From Azolla caroliniana (taxonomy: Eukaryota > Plantae > Polypodiophyta): a DNA stretch of 64,000 bases. The translations under genes and the position numbers were made by a program. A model generated the notes under the pieces. It was not told where the DNA came from, ran no database searches, and worked only from the letters and a program-made list of their open reading frames with translations. The DNA is taken from the NCBI GenBank assembly GCA_043228905.1, contig JBHGNT010000013.1, positions 2,976,001-3,040,000 on the forward strand. Reading direction: 5' to 3'. Every line of letters starts with the position of its first letter. Positions within the stretch are counted from its first letter, which is position 1. Shown one piece after another: positions 58,201 to 64,000 of this stretch.

Positions 58201-61180
58201 TTTGAAAGAGACTAGTCATTAGATTCATCAATCTTGGTTTTATGTTTGGCAAGTGATCACGATGCTTTTACGTAGACATACCTTAAAATGAGCTTTTGTA
58301 GCGTTCAAGATGTTGTAATAAATTAGCACAACATGTATTCGAGTTGTTTGTGAGGTTATTTCTTGCATGTGAAACATTTTCACTCACTTTAACAATTTAA
58401 GAAGGCTTCCATTTTACTCTTTTTTTCTTGGCCTTCATATGGTCGAGATTGTGATACCTCTTCATCTTGCCTCAACATAATGTAAATTTTGTTGGCTTTC
58501 GTTAGTTCACAATGTATACAACATAATGAATGGCATTGTTCTAGTGGGATAAACTTACTAGCAAGGCTACTTGGGACTATGGGCCAAGAGTAACAATAGA
58601 AACATTGGATCCTTTGTTCTCATGGACCAGTATGATATTATTGAGTTTCAAGGAGACCTAGTGATAGTTGATTACTCCATGCATATTAACCTTTTGAGGC
58701 CAAAGATATAAGCCACTTTAATGGCCACCCATGCAACTAGATGTGGGCATTGCAACAACAAAATTAAATTATGAGACCTTTGAAATTTTGAATATAATCC
58801 AAGAAAATTGATGTTACAAACATCGGCACAAAAGAAAACATTACCTCATTAAGTTCAAGCAGAAAGTATGTGATAACAACAATAGTATGCATTAATGCCT
58901 TGGTTACATATCTTGAACTGAAATGTAGGGCCAATCAATTTATTAATGCAATTACATGCTTAACATGAAAGATTCTTTTATTAGGAACACAATGTATGGA
59001 TGATGCATCCTTGAAACCTTGTAGACAAGGTTTTTTTAGCATTGTAGTTGTTAATTATAGTTTTGGCAAAATCTGACTTTCAATGGGTTCACGACAAGCA
59101 TTTCTTGTCCCACTTATCTAACGTTCTCACATAGATAAGATTTTACATATTTCGCGTCCTTGGGTTTTTAGACATGAGGAACACCATTACACACAAATGA
59201 GAGATATTTTCCATAAAAATACAAAACATCATGTTCATTGAATCAAGAGTTTATATACTTCTCAAACAAACAAACTTTTGGTGTCTACCTCAAAATTGAT
59301 GCTTAACAAGAATTGTGAAGGTCTTAGGGATGTAAAACCCTCATAGGCCACATAGGATGACACGAGGCCAAAATTGACCTATGGGACCAAATAACATGTC
59401 ATCTTCTATGTGACTAAGATGGGAGGAGGAGGGGGATACTACACTAAACTAAAAAATCTCAATGTGAAAATTATTGCATGCACATATGCGCTCACCCTTC
59501 TTGATGGAGATTTGATATTAACAAGCTATCACACTTCTCACAAATTACCTTATACCTTGAGCATGTGATAAGTAAGTGTTATTGATCTTCCACACGACTT
59601 TCATTGCATACCTGCATACTGTCATACTTGGGTGATAATTCCATGAAGCTACCTCAACACTTAACATCTATAAAATAAAAAACAGCGAAAGTCTTAGACC
59701 TCACAAGCCACTTAAGCCTTCTAACCCCACATCTACTCGTACGACTTGCATACGTCAAGTAGCAAACCATGCAACGACAAATGGCAGGAAGACTAAGAAA
59801 GTAAAGTGCCATTTATAAACCATGGATTCTATCCCTAGATTTTGTGGAGTTTTTTGAAAGATGACCAAGTTCATGTACCTTAGAAAAATGAACTAAATGA
59901 AGACCAAGTTCATGCACCCTAGAAAAATGAACTATTGTACTTTGACTCACTCTCTCTCTCTCTCTCTAGCTTTCAAGAACATACGTTAGACATTTCAAAA
60001 CAAACATTGTCGCCATATTTCTCTTCCGAAGTGCTACATTGTTGATTTATACTTCGGCTTCAGAATGTAGATAACCAGCAAACTCAATAGAAGCAAAACA
60101 AAGTTTGCTTGTAAATACATCCAAGGTTGACAGTCGCAATACCTATAAATTATTATACAATTTTTCGAGATAATTTTTAGTTACGAATTCTAACATTTAG
60201 GATATCTTAATTAGAAATTTACGGCTCATGTGAGGATTGCCCTTCCTCATGGAAAGTGGAGTCTAGACTAAGTTAGCATTCAATTTTCTTGAATAATTTT
60301 TAGTTATAGATCTTGGCATTTAGGTTCGTCACTTCATAATTTCAAAAGTGTTTAAAAACCACTTGTGGACGAACCCCAGAATAAGTCAAGTGACATCTCC
60401 TATTAATAGAAAATCTTCCACTTCTAGGTTCTCTAGGCATTGGTTTCACTTAAGGGAGTACCCACAAACTTACAAACACAACAATATATTCTAGAATTGG
60501 TTTTCATAGACAAAATTAGCACGACAAAATTCCACTCTCCTTGGAATTTTCTTCATCGATGCTAGATTTGCTCAGATTTCCCCAAAAAATCCAGAAGAGA
60601 GTAAACTAAGATTGTGTCGGCCTAATGCCAAAGGAGACACGTTGACAAGAAGTCTAAAGCTCATTCTAGATGCTTAAGTGCAAACCTAAAGTGTATATAT
60701 AATATATACACACATTGCAATATATGTATGTGAAATATGCCATCTCTAAGATACTCTACAGTGCGACTAAAACAAAACAAAAGAGTTTTCGTACAGAGTT
60801 ATGCCTCTCTCTCTCTCTCTCTCTCTAAGAAAACTTTCCTCTTCATGGAACTAAAGTTTTCGGAGTAGAAACTTGTGCATCCAACGAAGGCACCCTTGTC
60901 TTCTTTTCGTGGGTGTGTTTTGTATTTGCACAGCGATATACGACGTGAGAGAGGATGAAACAAGCAGTCAAGAGACCCAATCTGTGTGTGTGTGTGTGTA
61001 GATATGTATCGTTGGGGGGGGGGGGGGGGGGGCTTGAGGAGCGCCATGATGAAATGCTTGTGTATTAAGGGTTATATGCAACGCGAAAGAATGTGACGCA
61101 ACATGTCGTGAGACCCTTGTATTACACTCACACACTGACACAAGCACAAGCACAGGCACAGGCACAGGCACATGCACATG

Positions 61181-61341
61181 CACAGACACACACAATGTTT
61201 TTGTCTCTGTGTCCCTACGTGTCCTCAACCCGTATTTGGGGCTGCTCGCATAGGCATAGGCACAGACACACCCAATGCTTTGTCTCCGTGTCTGTCGGTA
61301 CGTGTCCTCGAGCCCGGATTCGGGGTTGCTTGTCCGCATAT
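61181..61341 (+). promoter_or_regulatory. Paired ABRE-like motifs (ACGTGTC at 61217 and 61300) in an ~80-bp tandem duplication upstream of the S40 gene
   Basis: Two imperfect copies of CACAGACACA..CAATG..TTGTCTC.GTGTC..TACGTGTCCTC..CCCG.ATT.GGGG.TGCT..CGCATA. Confidence 0.5.
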
Positions 61342-61397
61342 CGGACCCCATCTGTTCCACTTTAGTGCTACCCTCCTGCCCACAAACTATATATGAT

Positions 61398-61435
<38 letters not shown>

Positions 61436-61465
61436 TAGAAATTTTGAAACAAGAAGACTCTCTCA

Positions 61466-61500
<35 letters not shown>

Positions 61501-61573
61501 GTCTCCTCTTAAGAGTCTTAATAGAAAGACAGAAGAAGACACCATTTCTTCCTCTTATATACACACACACACA

Positions 61574-61605
<32 letters not shown>

Positions 61606-61662
61606 GAAGCTCCCTTCTTCAAAGGCCACCCTCTTCAGACCTCAGTTCTCTCTGTTCCATCC

Positions 61663-62178
61663 ATGGCCTTTTACCCCTCATCATTATTGTCACCCTCTTC
61701 TTCTGCTTCCTCTTCCTCTTCCTCTTCTTCTTCTTCTTCTTCTTCTTCTTGGGCTCTTGACTCAGATAATATAATCGATGAATACCCGGATGAGTTCAAT
61801 GAAGAGGATGTGTTGTGGCCCCATGAAGACAAAGATCTGCACATGATCTCCGGGAAGAATCCATGGGGACCTGCCATCCACACCGATGGGAAAATACAAA
61901 TGAATGTAAATATCCGATTGAGGGAGAAAGTGAGCCCAGGGAAATATGTCAAAGAGCCGAATTCTGTGTATTTCAATGGTGATGATGATGACGATGATAT
62001 CTTTCAAGGACATCATTATTGTTATGGTTGGGGTTCTTCTACACTTCAACTTGATCCTCATTGGTCCAACGCCATGGGTTAGTATATACACACACACACA
62101 CATCATATGCATATTTTCTCATCATAGTCATCCATTCCACGTGTTAGGATTCCTTACAACATCAGTATATATATACTG

Positions 62179-62246
<68 letters not shown>

Positions 62247-62956
62247 TGTATGTATGTATGGTACATATCATAGCTAGATTAATATATCAATGCATGTATG
62301 CAAATGTATGTATGGATAGATAGGATCTGGATCTGTTACTCAATGAATGGATGTATATGCATATACACGTATGTATCCTTATCCTAGAATGAGAGACAAT
62401 GTATATGTCTCATAAATCTGTGGATGGATGGGCGTATAGGTGTATACATTTATGTACTTAAAATAACCTAGAAGTTAAGATGTATGGATATATGTCCGCA
62501 ATAGTCCATCATAGTTGGTAAATGTGTATGTATATGTCTCTATATGGGTGGATGGATGTTTATGTTTCTATACGCATACATAACTGAATGTATACTATGG
62601 ATTTTTTGTGATTATGTGTGTATGTATATGGATTTAGATCGTATATATATATATATATGTTTTTAAGAAAGGAATGTTGTGTGTGTACATTTGCAGTCTC
62701 AGTGAAAGGCAAGACAAATGTCACCTATCATGTGGCCGAGGAAGATGATGATGATGAAGAAGAAGAAGAAGAAGAAGAAGAAAATGATGATGATGGTAAT
62801 GAAAGGCTTCCTCCACATGAGCTTCTCGCACGAGAGTATTCTCAGAGCCAGAGGATTACCTTCTCGGTGTGCGAAGGCGTAGGCCGCACACTGAAAGGCC
62901 GAGACTTGAGCCGCGTCCGCAACGCGGTTTGGAGCCACTTGGGTTTCGCCGATTAA
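61663..62956 (+). CDS. Senescence regulator S40 / DUF584 family protein, 2 exons (61663-62077, 62697-62956), 224 aa
   Basis: N-terminal [10 protein letters not shown]-terminal [43 protein letters not shown] is the family signature. Phase-1 GT..AG intron keeps the frame. Confidence 0.9.
62176..62260. repeat. (TATG)n microsatellite in the S40 intron
   Basis: Seen directly in the sequence. Confidence 0.95.
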
Positions 62957-64000
62957 ATTATGATCCCATCACCGCATGGCCCTCTCCTTCCTCTCAAGGG
63001 GTCAAATTCTTTTTACTCCAATTCAGTGTTCTTTCTTTCTTTTTTTGTGTTCTTTTTTTTTCTTCTTCTTCCGGTCATCTCTCATTTTGGGGGTTTTTTT
63101 TTTACTATCGTAATTTCGATGTTGGTTTCACATATTGCCGATGTTTGTGGTATCACATCGCCCGCCCGATGGTTTTGTTTCCGACCCATTGTTGTTATAT
63201 TTCTGGGACTTTCTGGTGCACTGGTCTAATCAAGCTGCATTGAGAAAAAGGGAGATGGAGATGGTGATGTAGTTTTTAGTTCTTTTTGTCCATTCAAAGT
63301 TGTGGATGACTTGACTTGTAATGAGTCATCTCTCATTGGAATGAGTTGGTTTTTTTTTTTTTCTGTAATTGAAAGAAAGCAGAGGTGTTGGAGTTCTGTT
63401 AATCTGCCCTGCTTTCTTTTACTGCCTTGTGAAGTTTGTAGAAAGACAAAAGAGGAAATGACAAAGATTGGCTGTTAGGAACCTTCATGCCAATCACTTG
63501 TAATTCAGACACCCAAAAATTTGGAGGCTTCATGGGACATAAAAACTGGTTTCATCAAGATATGAAATCCTTGGCACATGCTTTTTCTTTTTCTGGGCAT
63601 TTGCCTGGACATGTTCTGTTTTTCAGGCACATGCTTGGACTTTTTTCCCTTCCCTTCGAATCGAGATAACCTACGTGACCCTCAAGGGTTGATGTGTGGA
63701 TTGGCAACTCGAAACTTGGTTAACAACGTGAAACATTGAAGCAAGGATGATGATCTCTTCACAATGAATAGAACTATGAGGGTGAAGAGAATCTAATGCC
63801 TTCTATTTGATGCTTCGATTTTGTCCTTTTTTGTGTATTAAAGCCGATGATTTTTTGGAGCTTTTGGCTTTGTGCCTGATGATGCATATTCTGCAAAGGT
63901 GAACGATATCTTGTTAATTTGACAAAGGATTCACCCCGGAATGATGCAAAATGTAATAAGCAATATCCATCCCTAAACACAGGATGAAATGTTTCTTTGT

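Noticed and set aside
56340-60790. Genes or intact elements in the intergenic region
   Set aside because: Only short low-complexity ORFs (CA/TA-rich) and a ~39-bp tandem duplication at ~59862-59934; no termini or domains recognised.
60799-61774. ORFs upstream of S40
   Set aside because: Derived from (CT)n, (CA)n and poly-G microsatellites in the promoter/5'UTR.

Overview
Eukaryotic (land-plant, most likely fern/non-seed plant; inference from the TE repertoire) heterochromatin-like window. About 56 kb is a nest of transposable elements, and most junctions can be resolved by target-site duplications (TSDs). (i) A decayed Ty3/gypsy element is split by Ty1/copia element A (1043-6834). (ii) Copia B (8657-34667, TSD CTAAA) hosts a 12-kb Sola2-like DNA transposon (9537-21524; 24-bp TIRs; TSD CTCT). 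That transposon has a spliced DDD transposase, a RING-like and FCP1/NIF-like cargo gene and palindromic TAGCTAATTAGCTA satellites. Copia B also hosts copia C (22530-31213, TSD CGATC). Copia C in turn carries a 2.4-kb non-coding, (GA)n-anchored insertion with a minimal type I hammerhead ribozyme and a ~1.08-kb target duplication (Penelope-like/retrozyme candidate). (iii) A chromovirus (34886-39913, TSD GGCAT) has a self-priming PBS and tRNA-like LTR ends. (iv) An RTEX-like LINE is interrupted by a hAT MITE and by a TRIM-like element, which contains copia F, which contains copia G. The only host gene is an intron-containing senescence-regulator S40 (DUF584) gene at 61663-62956.
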